Below are positions 19,174 to 27,969 of a stretch of 56,203 nucleotides of DNA, piece by piece. The translations under genes and the position numbers were made by a program. Positions within the stretch are counted from its first letter, which is position 1; the number at the start of each line of letters is the position of its first letter. Under the pieces are notes generated by a model. That model was given only the letters and a program-made list of their open reading frames with translations. It was not told the DNA's origin and made no database searches. The DNA is from a virus (taxonomy: Duplodnaviria; Caudoviricetes): IMG/VR virus record IMGVR_UViG_3300030060_001517, positions 1-56,203 of that record. One strand, 5' to 3'.

Positions 19174-19708
19174 TAGTAAACCTTTATTTGTTAATTTACC
19201 TATAACCGAAGCTATGGTAAGTGCAGAAAACATATTAAATGAAAAAGCTGAATCTTTTTCAGTATTTTCTTCTGAGTTAAATGGTAAAACAGTATTTGAT
19301 GTAGGATGCTGCGATGGAAGATTTTCTGCATGGTGTTTAGATCAAGGAGCTACACATGTTCATGGTTTAGATGTTAATAGTAATTATATAGCTGGTGCTG
19401 AAAATATTATGCCTAATTATTTTACAGCAGACAAATATACTTTTGAGGTAGGTGATATAAATACTTATACTCCTACTGCAACTTATGATGTAGTTATTTT
19501 ATTTAGTATATTATATTTTGGAGATGTTGATACTCAAATAGAAAAAGCATGTTCTATGGCAGATACAATATTAATAGCTACAGAATGGAGCGATGCTTGT
19601 CCTGAAGACGAAGTTACTGCTAAATTTACTTCTTTAAATTATACTTTAGAAAATATAGTAACAACTCCTGCAGAATTAACATTATTAATAGCGAGAAAAG
19701 GAACTTAA
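19163..19708 (+). CDS. Class I SAM-dependent methyltransferase
   Basis: GKTVFDVGCCDG motif I, VHGLDV motif II, YDVVILFSILY; AAGGAG RBS before ATG 19163. Confidence 0.85.
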   Translation: MYFDSKPLFVNLPITEAMVSAENILNEKAESFSVFSSELNGKTVFDVGCCDGRFSAWCLDQGATHVHGLDVNSNYIAGAENIMPNYFTADKYTFEVGDINTYTPTATYDVVILFSILYFGDVDTQIEKACSMADTILIATEWSDACPEDEVTAKFTSLNYTLENIVTTPAELTLLIARKGT

Positions 19709-19709
19709 T

Positions 19710-20504
19710 ATGGAACAAGTTTTACTCGCAGGATTACCAAGATCAGGATCTACCGTATTATGCGGTTTATTATCTCAAAACCCTGAAATAAATGTTACAG
19801 AAGCATCAACATTATTACCTCTTTTAATGAATGTTAGAGAATGGTGGTCAAATGCGCCTAAAAATAGAGTTACAGAAAAACAAGAAAAACTTACACCAAT
19901 CTTAAAATCTATTTTTGAAACATATAATGATGGAAATCACACTGTAAGTATAGATAAAGATAGAAATTGGCCATTTTACTTAGATTTATTAGACACTTTA
20001 ACTGATAAACCTACTAAAATAATCTGCACAGTAAGACCTCCATTAGAATGTGCTGCTTCTTTTGGTAGATTATATGAAAAAGAGCCAGAAACTTACACTC
20101 AAATGGAAGAAATAACTAGAACAATAGGATTTACTACATTAGATAGAGCTAAATCAATGTTAAGTCCAGAAGGATCAATAGGAAAAGCATATTCTGCTCT
20201 TTTTGAAGCATCTGTAGTTCAAAATAGACATGAAAATATGTTATTTTTAGATTATCATAAATTATGCGCTAATCCTCAAGAGCAATTAGCCAGAATTTAT
20301 AAATATTTAGGTATAAATTTATTTAAAAATCATAATTTTGATAAAATAACTAATGCTCAAGAACAAAATGACTTAAATTATAGATCTTTTAGTAAAACTC
20401 ATCAAATTGAACCTAAATTAAGAGAAGGTTATAGAGATTTAGGTAGATTAAACATGTTTAAAAATGAATTTAATTGCGAGGAGTTCTGGTCGTCATGGAT
20501 ATAA
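19710..20504 (+). CDS. Sulfotransferase
   Basis: AGLPRSGST 5'-PAPS loop, DKDR, KIICTVRP...AASF 3'-PB motif, Y..LC.NP...L..IY.YLG. Confidence 0.88.
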   Translation: MEQVLLAGLPRSGSTVLCGLLSQNPEINVTEASTLLPLLMNVREWWSNAPKNRVTEKQEKLTPILKSIFETYNDGNHTVSIDKDRNWPFYLDLLDTLTDKPTKIICTVRPPLECAASFGRLYEKEPETYTQMEEITRTIGFTTLDRAKSMLSPEGSIGKAYSALFEASVVQNRHENMLFLDYHKLCANPQEQLARIYKYLGINLFKNHNFDKITNAQEQNDLNYRSFSKTHQIEPKLREGYRDLGRLNMFKNEFNCEEFWSSWI

Positions 20505-21055
20505 TAGATTGGAGCAGAAAAATAGGAAATCTTGATTCTTCTAAAATTATGAAGTTTATTTCTTCATTACCAGAAGAAGATTGGAATGAATTTACTGATA
20601 GACAAACTCGTTTTACTTTTCATAAATATACTCAATGTATTGCAGGTTTATTTCCTGATAGATCAGATTGGCCAAAAGTAAAATTAGAAACTTTTAAACA
20701 CTCAGAAACATTATCTAAATTAGTTCAAGACTTGTGTTTCAATGTATCTGATTATTATCAAAAAGATTTTAAAGTAACTACTGCAATGGTTGTTAAAATG
20801 CAAGGTAATTCAGAAATTGAGTCTCACAGTGATACTCATCCTTATTTTGGTGAAACTCATAGAGTTCATTGGTGTTTAGAAGGTGATTATGAAAATATGC
20901 ATTTTGTCATAGCTGGTAATAAAATACCAATGATGAAAGGTGATGTTATTGAGATAAATAACAGGTTACCTCATCATGTAGTATATGATGGTGATTCTCC
21001 TCGTTATAATTTAATAATAGATTTTGCAGAAAATCATAAAGGAAGAATGATATGA
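20495..21055 (+). CDS. Aspartyl/asparaginyl beta-hydroxylase-like 2OG-Fe(II) oxygenase
   Basis: HSD...RVH...G...EINNRLPHHV...RYNLIID (HxD...H triad plus 2OG-binding Arg). Confidence 0.85.
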   Translation: MDIIDWSRKIGNLDSSKIMKFISSLPEEDWNEFTDRQTRFTFHKYTQCIAGLFPDRSDWPKVKLETFKHSETLSKLVQDLCFNVSDYYQKDFKVTTAMVVKMQGNSEIESHSDTHPYFGETHRVHWCLEGDYENMHFVIAGNKIPMMKGDVIEINNRLPHHVVYDGDSPRYNLIIDFAENHKGRMI

Positions 21056-21843
21056 TAAAAATTTTAGTTATGGGATTACCAGGATCAGGAAAAACTACTT
21101 TTTCTAACTCATTAAGAAACTTTTTTAATGAATCTAGATCTATTAATTGTGTTGAACATCTTAATGCTGATAATATAAGAAAAAAGTTTAATGATTGGGA
21201 CTTTAGTAAAGAAGGAAGAATAAGGCAATCTTTAAGAATGAGTGATTTATTAGAAGAATCTACTGCTGAATATACTATAGCTGATTTTATAGCTCCTTTA
21301 CCAGAAATGAGAAAAAATGTAAAAGCAGATTGGGTAATATGGTTAGACACTATTGAATATAGCAGGTATAAAGATACTGATGATATGTTTATAGCACCTA
21401 AAATTTATGACTTTAGAATACCTGAACAAAATTCTGCTAAATGGGCATATTATGTAGGAATGAATATTTTAGAAAATAAAAGAAGACCTAAATTTGATTG
21501 GAAGAAAGAGACTGTTCAAATGTTAGGTAGATGGCAACCTTGGCATAAAGGACACAGAGCTTTATTTGAAAAAGCTATAGTTAAAACAGGACAAGTAGTT
21601 ATTCAAATAAGAGATTGTAATGGATGGAAAAATTCTAATCCTTTTAATATAAACCAAATAGAAAATAGTATAAGAAAAGATCTAGATCCTTTATATCAAG
21701 GTCAATATGAAATACAAACTGTTCCTAATATTGTTAATATTACATATGGTAGAGATGTAGGTTATAAAATAGAAAAAGAAGTTTTAAATAAAGAAATTGA
21801 AAATGTATCTGCTACAAAAATTCGTGAGGAGATGAAATTATGA
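21052..21843 (+). CDS. cysC: Adenylylsulfate kinase-like domain fused to an HxGH nucleotidyltransferase domain
   Basis: GLPGSGKTT, LNADNIR...DFSKEGRIRQ, IADFIAP in the N half; GRWQPWHKGH, YGRD and SATKIR in the C half. Confidence 0.75.
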   Translation: MIKILVMGLPGSGKTTFSNSLRNFFNESRSINCVEHLNADNIRKKFNDWDFSKEGRIRQSLRMSDLLEESTAEYTIADFIAPLPEMRKNVKADWVIWLDTIEYSRYKDTDDMFIAPKIYDFRIPEQNSAKWAYYVGMNILENKRRPKFDWKKETVQMLGRWQPWHKGHRALFEKAIVKTGQVVIQIRDCNGWKNSNPFNINQIENSIRKDLDPLYQGQYEIQTVPNIVNITYGRDVGYKIEKEVLNKEIENVSATKIREEMKL

Positions 21844-22472
21844 GTTACACAATGACTTATGATAGTTTATTGGTAGATCTGAGAAGATATTTAGAAAGAG
21901 GATTTACTCAAAATAGTGATCAAATTGTTTTTGATCAACTTCCTAGATTAGTAACTTTAGGAGAAAGAAGAATAGCTAGAGAACTTAAAATAGAAGGATT
22001 CATAAGAGCAGTTAATCTACCATTAGCGGTAGGTGTTTCTACTTATCTAAAACCTGATAGATGGAGAGACACTACTTCTATGACTGTTAATGGAACTGCC
22101 ATCCAAGCACGATCGTATGAGTACTGTAGGAACTATTGGCCAAATGAAGCGGAAACAGGAACCCCACAATTTTATGCTGATTATGATTATCAACATTGGT
22201 TAATAGCTCCTACACCGAATACGACAGACACTTTAGAAATTTTATATTATGAACAACCTGCATTATTAGGAGATGATTTTCAAAGCAACTGGTTAACAGA
22301 ATATGCTCCTGATGTTTTATTATATGCTGCTTTATTAGAAGCTACACCATTTTTAAAAGATGATGAAAGAATACAAACATGGAGAGAATTATATGATAGA
22401 GCAGCACAAGCATTAGCAGGAGAAGATTTATCTAGAATAATGGACAGAACAGCAACAAGGAGTGAAGCATAA
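21840..22472 (+). CDS. Tail tubular / adaptor protein
   Basis: MTYDSL...LER, APTP, NWLTEYAPDVLLYAALLEA..FLK motifs of podovirus tail adaptors. Confidence 0.7.
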   Translation: MSYTMTYDSLLVDLRRYLERGFTQNSDQIVFDQLPRLVTLGERRIARELKIEGFIRAVNLPLAVGVSTYLKPDRWRDTTSMTVNGTAIQARSYEYCRNYWPNEAETGTPQFYADYDYQHWLIAPTPNTTDTLEILYYEQPALLGDDFQSNWLTEYAPDVLLYAALLEATPFLKDDERIQTWRELYDRAAQALAGEDLSRIMDRTATRSEA

Positions 22473-23674
22473 TGCCTACTTATACCGATGTATTTGGCGG
22501 AGCCAATATTTACCCAAGTGAAATAAGTTACAGCTCAGTAGCTTTATCTTCTGATATTACCTTATCTTGGCCAGAAGAAACTTCTACTAATGTTAATTTA
22601 GCTACTAGAATAATAGATGTAACTCCATCTACTTCTGGTTTAGCTATAACTTTACCTGATGCTACTAAAAGCGGTACTGGTAATACTATTTTATTTAATA
22701 ATAAAGGAAGTGATACTTTTACAGTAAATAATGCTGGAGGAGTGCAAGTAGCAACCATTGCTGCAGGTCAGATATGGCAAATATATTTAACCAATAATAC
22801 TACTGTAAATGGTTCTTGGCAGATTCTTCAATATGGGGCTACTACTTCAAGTGCTAATGCTTCTGCTTTAGCAGGTACAGGTTTAGTAGCAGTAGGTTCT
22901 TTACTTTCTCAAGCTGTTCCTATAACAGGATTTAACAGTGATTTTACTGCTAATGCAGATTCTAGAGCTATATTTTATAATTGGACAGGAGCAGGAGGAA
23001 CTTTAACTTTACCTGATCCTGCTGTAGTAAATGATAACTGGTTTATATATTTAAGAAATTCAGGAACAGGAGCAGTTCTTGCTGATCCCTCAGGAGTTAC
23101 TTTAATTGACGGTGGTAATGATTTATCTTTTCAACCTGGTGAATCTGCTATCATTGCTTGTGACGGTACTAATTTTTATACTATAGGTTTTGGTCAATCA
23201 GCTACTTTTGCTTTTGATTATACAGTTATTGATATTTCAGGAACTGGTGATTACACCTTAAGCGGTACAGAATTAAATAGAGTAGCTTATAGATTTACAG
23301 GAACTCTAAGCGGTAATAGAAATGTAATAATACCTGCGACTGTTCAACAATATTGGATAGATAATAGAACTACAGGAGCATATACTTTAACAGTAAAAGT
23401 TAGTGGTCAAACTGGAGTAACTATTGCTTCAGGAGTAAGAGGAATATATTATTGTGATGGTAGTGATATTCTTGATGCTGACACTTCTTCAGTATCTTTA
23501 CCTCTAGCTATAAGTGATGGCGGTACAGGAGCAACAACTGCTGGTGCTGCTTTAATTAATTTAGGAATATCAGCCACAGGATCTGCCTTATTTACAGCAG
23601 CAGATACGGCAGCAGCATGGAGTGTTTTAGGAGTAGCTCCATCAGGAGTAGTTAATGGGGGTACATTTACATAA
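22472..23674 (+). CDS. Tail structural / fibre-base protein
   Basis: Beta-rich TLTLP repeats, FTGTLSGNRNV, GGTGATTA..A..NLG. Confidence 0.7.
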   Translation: MPTYTDVFGGANIYPSEISYSSVALSSDITLSWPEETSTNVNLATRIIDVTPSTSGLAITLPDATKSGTGNTILFNNKGSDTFTVNNAGGVQVATIAAGQIWQIYLTNNTTVNGSWQILQYGATTSSANASALAGTGLVAVGSLLSQAVPITGFNSDFTANADSRAIFYNWTGAGGTLTLPDPAVVNDNWFIYLRNSGTGAVLADPSGVTLIDGGNDLSFQPGESAIIACDGTNFYTIGFGQSATFAFDYTVIDISGTGDYTLSGTELNRVAYRFTGTLSGNRNVIIPATVQQYWIDNRTTGAYTLTVKVSGQTGVTIASGVRGIYYCDGSDILDADTSSVSLPLAISDGGTGATTAGAALINLGISATGSALFTAADTAAAWSVLGVAPSGVVNGGTFT

Positions 23675-25563
23675 TGCCTATTCAAACCGCAGTATTAAGA
23701 TCTAATCCTGGTATAAAAAGAGATGGGACTAAGTTTGAAGGAGACTTCTATACTGACGGTCAATGGGTGCGTTGGCAACGAGGATTACCTCGTAAAATGG
23801 GAGGTTTCAAAACTACTCAAAAATCTTTACAAGAAGTAAGCAGAGGTTTTTCTACTTTTACTCAAATGATGTTTGTATATTGTCATTCAGGAGGTACATC
23901 TTCTTTAGAAAGATTTACTTTAGATGGCACAGGAAACAGCTCAATAGTTACTGACCGAACTCCTGCCACCTTAACTGTAGATGATCATAATTATTGGATG
24001 TTTGATGTAATTTATGATTCATCTACTAATCAAAATTATTTAGTAGCTCATGTTTCTCCTAATGGTGATTGTATATGTAATGATCAGGGAGGTCAAATTT
24101 TTTATGGTGAAGTTTTAGGAACAGCAGTATTAAATCCTATAACTTTACCAGCTAATACTAATGTCACAGGAGGTATAGTAAGTTTACATCCTTATTTATT
24201 TTATTACGGTACTGACGGTAATATAGGTTGGTCAGTAGCAGGAGATCCTACAGATTTATCAGGTACAGGTTCAGGAGTTGCTAGAGTTTGGGGACAAAAA
24301 ATTATAAAAGGATTACCTATGAGAGCAGGATCTGGAACTGCTCCTGCAGGATTATTTTGGGCATTTGATGCAGTTATTAGAGCTACTTTTGTAGGAGGAA
24401 CAACTATATTTCAATTTGATGTTATAGCTACAGGAACTTCTATTATGTCTCAATTCTGTGTAGTAGATTATGATGGAGTATTTTATTGGGCAGGTGTTGA
24501 TCGTTTTTACATGTTTAATGGTGTAGTAAGAGAAGTTCCTAATAGTATGAACTTAAATTATTTCTTTGATGAAATAAATGTAGATGCGCAAACCAAGACT
24601 TTTGGTTTTCAAATTCCTAAGTATGGTGAAATATGGTGGTGTTATCCTAAAGGAACTGCTACTGAATGCACACATGCTGTAGTTTATAATGTGAGAGAAA
24701 ATACCTGGTATGATACAGAACTTCCAAATGAAGGAAGATCAGCAGGACATTTTAATAACTCATTTGCTGCTCCAGTTTTAACAGGAATTAAAGCAGATCT
24801 TTTACCAGTAGATCCTACCATAACTTTAGCTGTTACAGTTTCTAATCCAGGAAGCGGTAATAAATATTTTATAGACGGAGTTCAACAACCTACTTTAACT
24901 TTAACTGAAGGAAATACATATAGGTTTGATCAATCTGACTCTACAAATGGAACTCCTTCTTCTCATCCGTTAAGACTTTCAGAAACTTCAGATGGTACAC
25001 ACGGAGGAGGAACAGAATATACTACAGGAGTTACAGTAGTAGGCACTCCAGGAAGTGCTGGTGCATATACAGAAATAGTAGTTCCTACAGGAGCACCTAC
25101 TTTATATTATTACTGTTCTGTTCATTCAGGAATGGGTGGTCAAGCTAACACTCCTGCTAGAGGAGAAGGTTATAAAGTATGGCAACATGAATTTAAAGTA
25201 GATGAATATGATGGTCCTAATATAAGACCAATAAAATCTTATTTTGAAACTTCAGATTTATCTACTTTAGTTACAGGAGAAAATAGATATCTAAGAATAA
25301 CAACAATTGAACCAGATTTTGTTCAAAATAAAGATATGACGGTAACAGTTACAGGAAGAGCTAATGCTAGAGCACCAGAGGTAGTAAGTACTCAATTTAC
25401 TTTCCCTGACTCTGCTACTGAGCCTTATGAACAAATAGTTATGTTAAAAGAACAAAGAAGAGAATTAAGAGTTAGATTTGAGTCTAACTCTGTTTATGGT
25501 GATTATCAAATGGGGCAAATAATAGGTCACTTTGATAGCGGAGATGGGACAGATTTAGGATGA
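23674..25563 (+). CDS. Tail nozzle / DNA-stabilisation protein with an inserted cupredoxin-like domain
   Basis: PGIKRDGT...VRWQRGLPRKMGG start, EIWWCYP..VVYN..E.TWY; insert at 24817-25155 ends YYYCSVHSGMGG. Confidence 0.72.
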   Translation: MPIQTAVLRSNPGIKRDGTKFEGDFYTDGQWVRWQRGLPRKMGGFKTTQKSLQEVSRGFSTFTQMMFVYCHSGGTSSLERFTLDGTGNSSIVTDRTPATLTVDDHNYWMFDVIYDSSTNQNYLVAHVSPNGDCICNDQGGQIFYGEVLGTAVLNPITLPANTNVTGGIVSLHPYLFYYGTDGNIGWSVAGDPTDLSGTGSGVARVWGQKIIKGLPMRAGSGTAPAGLFWAFDAVIRATFVGGTTIFQFDVIATGTSIMSQFCVVDYDGVFYWAGVDRFYMFNGVVREVPNSMNLNYFFDEINVDAQTKTFGFQIPKYGEIWWCYPKGTATECTHAVVYNVRENTWYDTELPNEGRSAGHFNNSFAAPVLTGIKADLLPVDPTITLAVTVSNPGSGNKYFIDGVQQPTLTLTEGNTYRFDQSDSTNGTPSSHPLRLSETSDGTHGGGTEYTTGVTVVGTPGSAGAYTEIVVPTGAPTLYYYCSVHSGMGGQANTPARGEGYKVWQHEFKVDEYDGPNIRPIKSYFETSDLSTLVTGENRYLRITTIEPDFVQNKDMTVTVTGRANARAPEVVSTQFTFPDSATEPYEQIVMLKEQRRELRVRFESNSVYGDYQMGQIIGHFDSGDGTDLG

Positions 25564-25817
25564 CCGCAGGATTAAATACAGGAATAAGTGTAACTTTACC
25601 AGTAGGTATAAGTTTAGAAGAATGGGCAGATGCCTTAATTACAGATTTTAGTAATTTTGGTGCTTATTCTCCTTTAACTGATCCTGATAAATGGCAAGAT
25701 TGGGCAAGTCAATATAATAGAGCTACTAATTTAATAGAAGATTTTCCTGATCCTTACGGATTTGATAAAACAGAATGGAGAGAATGGGCAGAAAGATTTG
25801 TTCAAAGTACATTATGA
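25560..25817 (+). CDS. Small Trp-rich virion protein
   Basis: WADAL...WQDWA...PDPY.F...WREWAERF; overlaps both neighbours. Confidence 0.7.
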   Translation: MTAGLNTGISVTLPVGISLEEWADALITDFSNFGAYSPLTDPDKWQDWASQYNRATNLIEDFPDPYGFDKTEWREWAERFVQSTL

Positions 25818-26254
25818 AGTATATTGGTTATAAAAAAGAAGACGAAGCTGAAAAATGGGCAAGAAATCGTCTAGGAGTAAAATCTGCTCCTGATGTATTT
25901 AGAGCTTTATCTTCTGTAAAAAACAACGGAGAGTTTGCATGCGTTATATTGCTTACTAATTTTACTAAGCGCAATATTGATATAAACATTGCTGCTGAAG
26001 GTAAGACATGGGCTACTCCTAAAAATACTATTTTAATGTTTAACGGATTATTTAAAATGGTATTTGATGAATTAAAAGCAGTTAGAGCAACTGCATTAAT
26101 TGCAGAAAGTAATCAAGCATGCATAAATTTAGTTAAGCATGTAGGCTTTGTTAAAGAAGGAGTAATGAGAAAAGCATATGAAGATAATGAAAATATGCAC
26201 ATTTACAGTATTTTAGAAAATGAATATCGTCAACATGATTGGTGTAGGAGTTAA
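25814..26254 (+). CDS. GNAT (RimJ/RimL-like) acetyltransferase of the tail module
   Basis: N.A...L..HVGFVKEG.MRK motif; sits before the ejection proteins as in other podoviruses. Confidence 0.75.
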   Translation: MKYIGYKKEDEAEKWARNRLGVKSAPDVFRALSSVKNNGEFACVILLTNFTKRNIDINIAAEGKTWATPKNTILMFNGLFKMVFDELKAVRATALIAESNQACINLVKHVGFVKEGVMRKAYEDNENMHIYSILENEYRQHDWCRS

Positions 26255-26256
26255 GG

Positions 26257-27969
26257 ATGATTAAAGAAACTATTTTAGAATTAGCTAATCAAAGACCAAC
26301 AGAGTTTGGTCAAGGTATAGATATAATTGAAAGTGAATTAAGTACAACACCTGTTGTTCCTGAAGATCTTAATGAAGCTATACAAATGTTAGAATTAGCA
26401 TTACAGAATCCAGAAACTTATCCTGAGATGGTTAAAGCAGCAATAGCTGATGGATTAATTGAGGAAGGAGATGCTCCTGCTGAGTTTGATGCTATATTTA
26501 TAATATCTCTCCTTTTATCTCTATATGGTTTACAAGATAGATTAAATGCTAAAGGTTTTTCTAGAGGTGGTCTAACTGTAGGAGGTAGAAAAGCTAGTAT
26601 GGGTCAAGGTGGAGATTCTATGCTTGCTCATATTAACCCCAGAGAAGCAGAAATATTAAAAAGAATGGGTGGGCAAGGAACTGTTAACCCAAATACAGGA
26701 ATAGTAGAATATAAAAGCCTTAAAAAAGTATTTAAAAAAGTTTTACCTGTTGCTTTAGCAGTATTTGCTCCTGGATTAGGTACAGCTATTGGAACAGGCT
26801 TAGGGTTAAGCGGTACTGCTGCTGCTGTAGTAGGCGGAGGATTATTAGGAGCAGGCACGGCAGCTATAACAGGCGGTGATCCTCTTAAAGGTGCATTATT
26901 TGGCGGAGTAGGAGCAGGTTTAGGAGAAGTAGCAGGTGGTTTTGTAAATGAAGGCTTAAATTTAGGTCTTTCTGCTCCTGCTGCTGCTACTTTAGGTAGC
27001 GGTTTAGTAGGAGGAGTAGCAGGAGAACTTGTAGGAGATGGTTTTTTAGAAGGAGCAGTGCAAGGAGCTGGTGGTCAACTATTAAAAAATTTAGCACCTG
27101 CTGCTCCTACAAACCCATTTAAGGCTGGTTTACAATCAGGACTCAATGTAACAGGAGATATGTTAATATCAGGGTATGATCCTAAAGATGCTGTTGTTGG
27201 TGGTGCTACTGCTGGTTTATTTGGAGGAGCTAAAAATTATTTTTCTAAACCATCAGAAGCAGTCGTAGGTCAAATTAAAGAACAAGTGGAAGAGGTAACT
27301 CCAGAAGGAGTAGAAGAAGTTTCTATAGATGATCTTTCTGTAGAAAATAATCCTCTATTACCAGGAGACACAGGAGTAGATACAGGAGCAGTTTTACCAG
27401 GAGACGCAGTAGCTAAAGAAGGATTTTTTGGTAAAGCAGGAAATTATATAAAAAATAATCCTGTAGAAGCTGGTTTACTAGGGTTAACAGCATTAAGCGC
27501 AATAGAAGCACCGCCAGATATAGCAGAAGCAGCAAGTTCATTGTCAGCAGAACAACAAGAATATTTTAATAGACCATCTGTAAGTTGGGACTGGGACTCA
27601 TTAAGAAGAGATGCTAATGCTGCTAACATGAGCCTTTCAGCATATATGGCGACTGAATGGCCAAGAATAACTTCTGGTCAATATGACAATACTGCAGGTA
27701 CAGGTTATAATAAAGGAGGACCTTTATCTTATATTAAAGGTAAAGGAACAGGAAGATCTGATGAAATACCTGCATATTTAAGTGATGGAGAATATGTTAT
27801 TGATGCTGAAACTGTATCAATGTTAGGAGATGGTTCTAACAAAGCAGGAGCAAGTGCATTAGATAAAATGAGAAAAGAAATAAGATCTCATAAAGGTAAA
27901 AAATTAGTTAAAGGTGAATTTAGTGCGGATGCTAAATCACCACTACAGTATTTAAAAGGAGTAGCATAA
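26257..27969 (+). CDS. Internal virion / DNA ejection protein
   Basis: GDSMLAHINPREAEIL...NPNTG, Gly/Ala hydrophobic zippers, GTGRSDEIPAYLSDGEYV. Confidence 0.7.
   Translation: MIKETILELANQRPTEFGQGIDIIESELSTTPVVPEDLNEAIQMLELALQNPETYPEMVKAAIADGLIEEGDAPAEFDAIFIISLLLSLYGLQDRLNAKGFSRGGLTVGGRKASMGQGGDSMLAHINPREAEILKRMGGQGTVNPNTGIVEYKSLKKVFKKVLPVALAVFAPGLGTAIGTGLGLSGTAAAVVGGGLLGAGTAAITGGDPLKGALFGGVGAGLGEVAGGFVNEGLNLGLSAPAAATLGSGLVGGVAGELVGDGFLEGAVQGAGGQLLKNLAPAAPTNPFKAGLQSGLNVTGDMLISGYDPKDAVVGGATAGLFGGAKNYFSKPSEAVVGQIKEQVEEVTPEGVEEVSIDDLSVENNPLLPGDTGVDTGAVLPGDAVAKEGFFGKAGNYIKNNPVEAGLLGLTALSAIEAPPDIAEAASSLSAEQQEYFNRPSVSWDWDSLRRDANAANMSLSAYMATEWPRITSGQYDNTAGTGYNKGGPLSYIKGKGTGRSDEIPAYLSDGEYVIDAETVSMLGDGSNKAGASALDKMRKEIRSHKGKKLVKGEFSADAKSPLQYLKGVA

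Noticed and set aside
25814-26254. GNAT as the acetylating step of DNA hypermodification
   Set aside because: It sits at the usual podovirus tail/ejection position, far from the modification operon.
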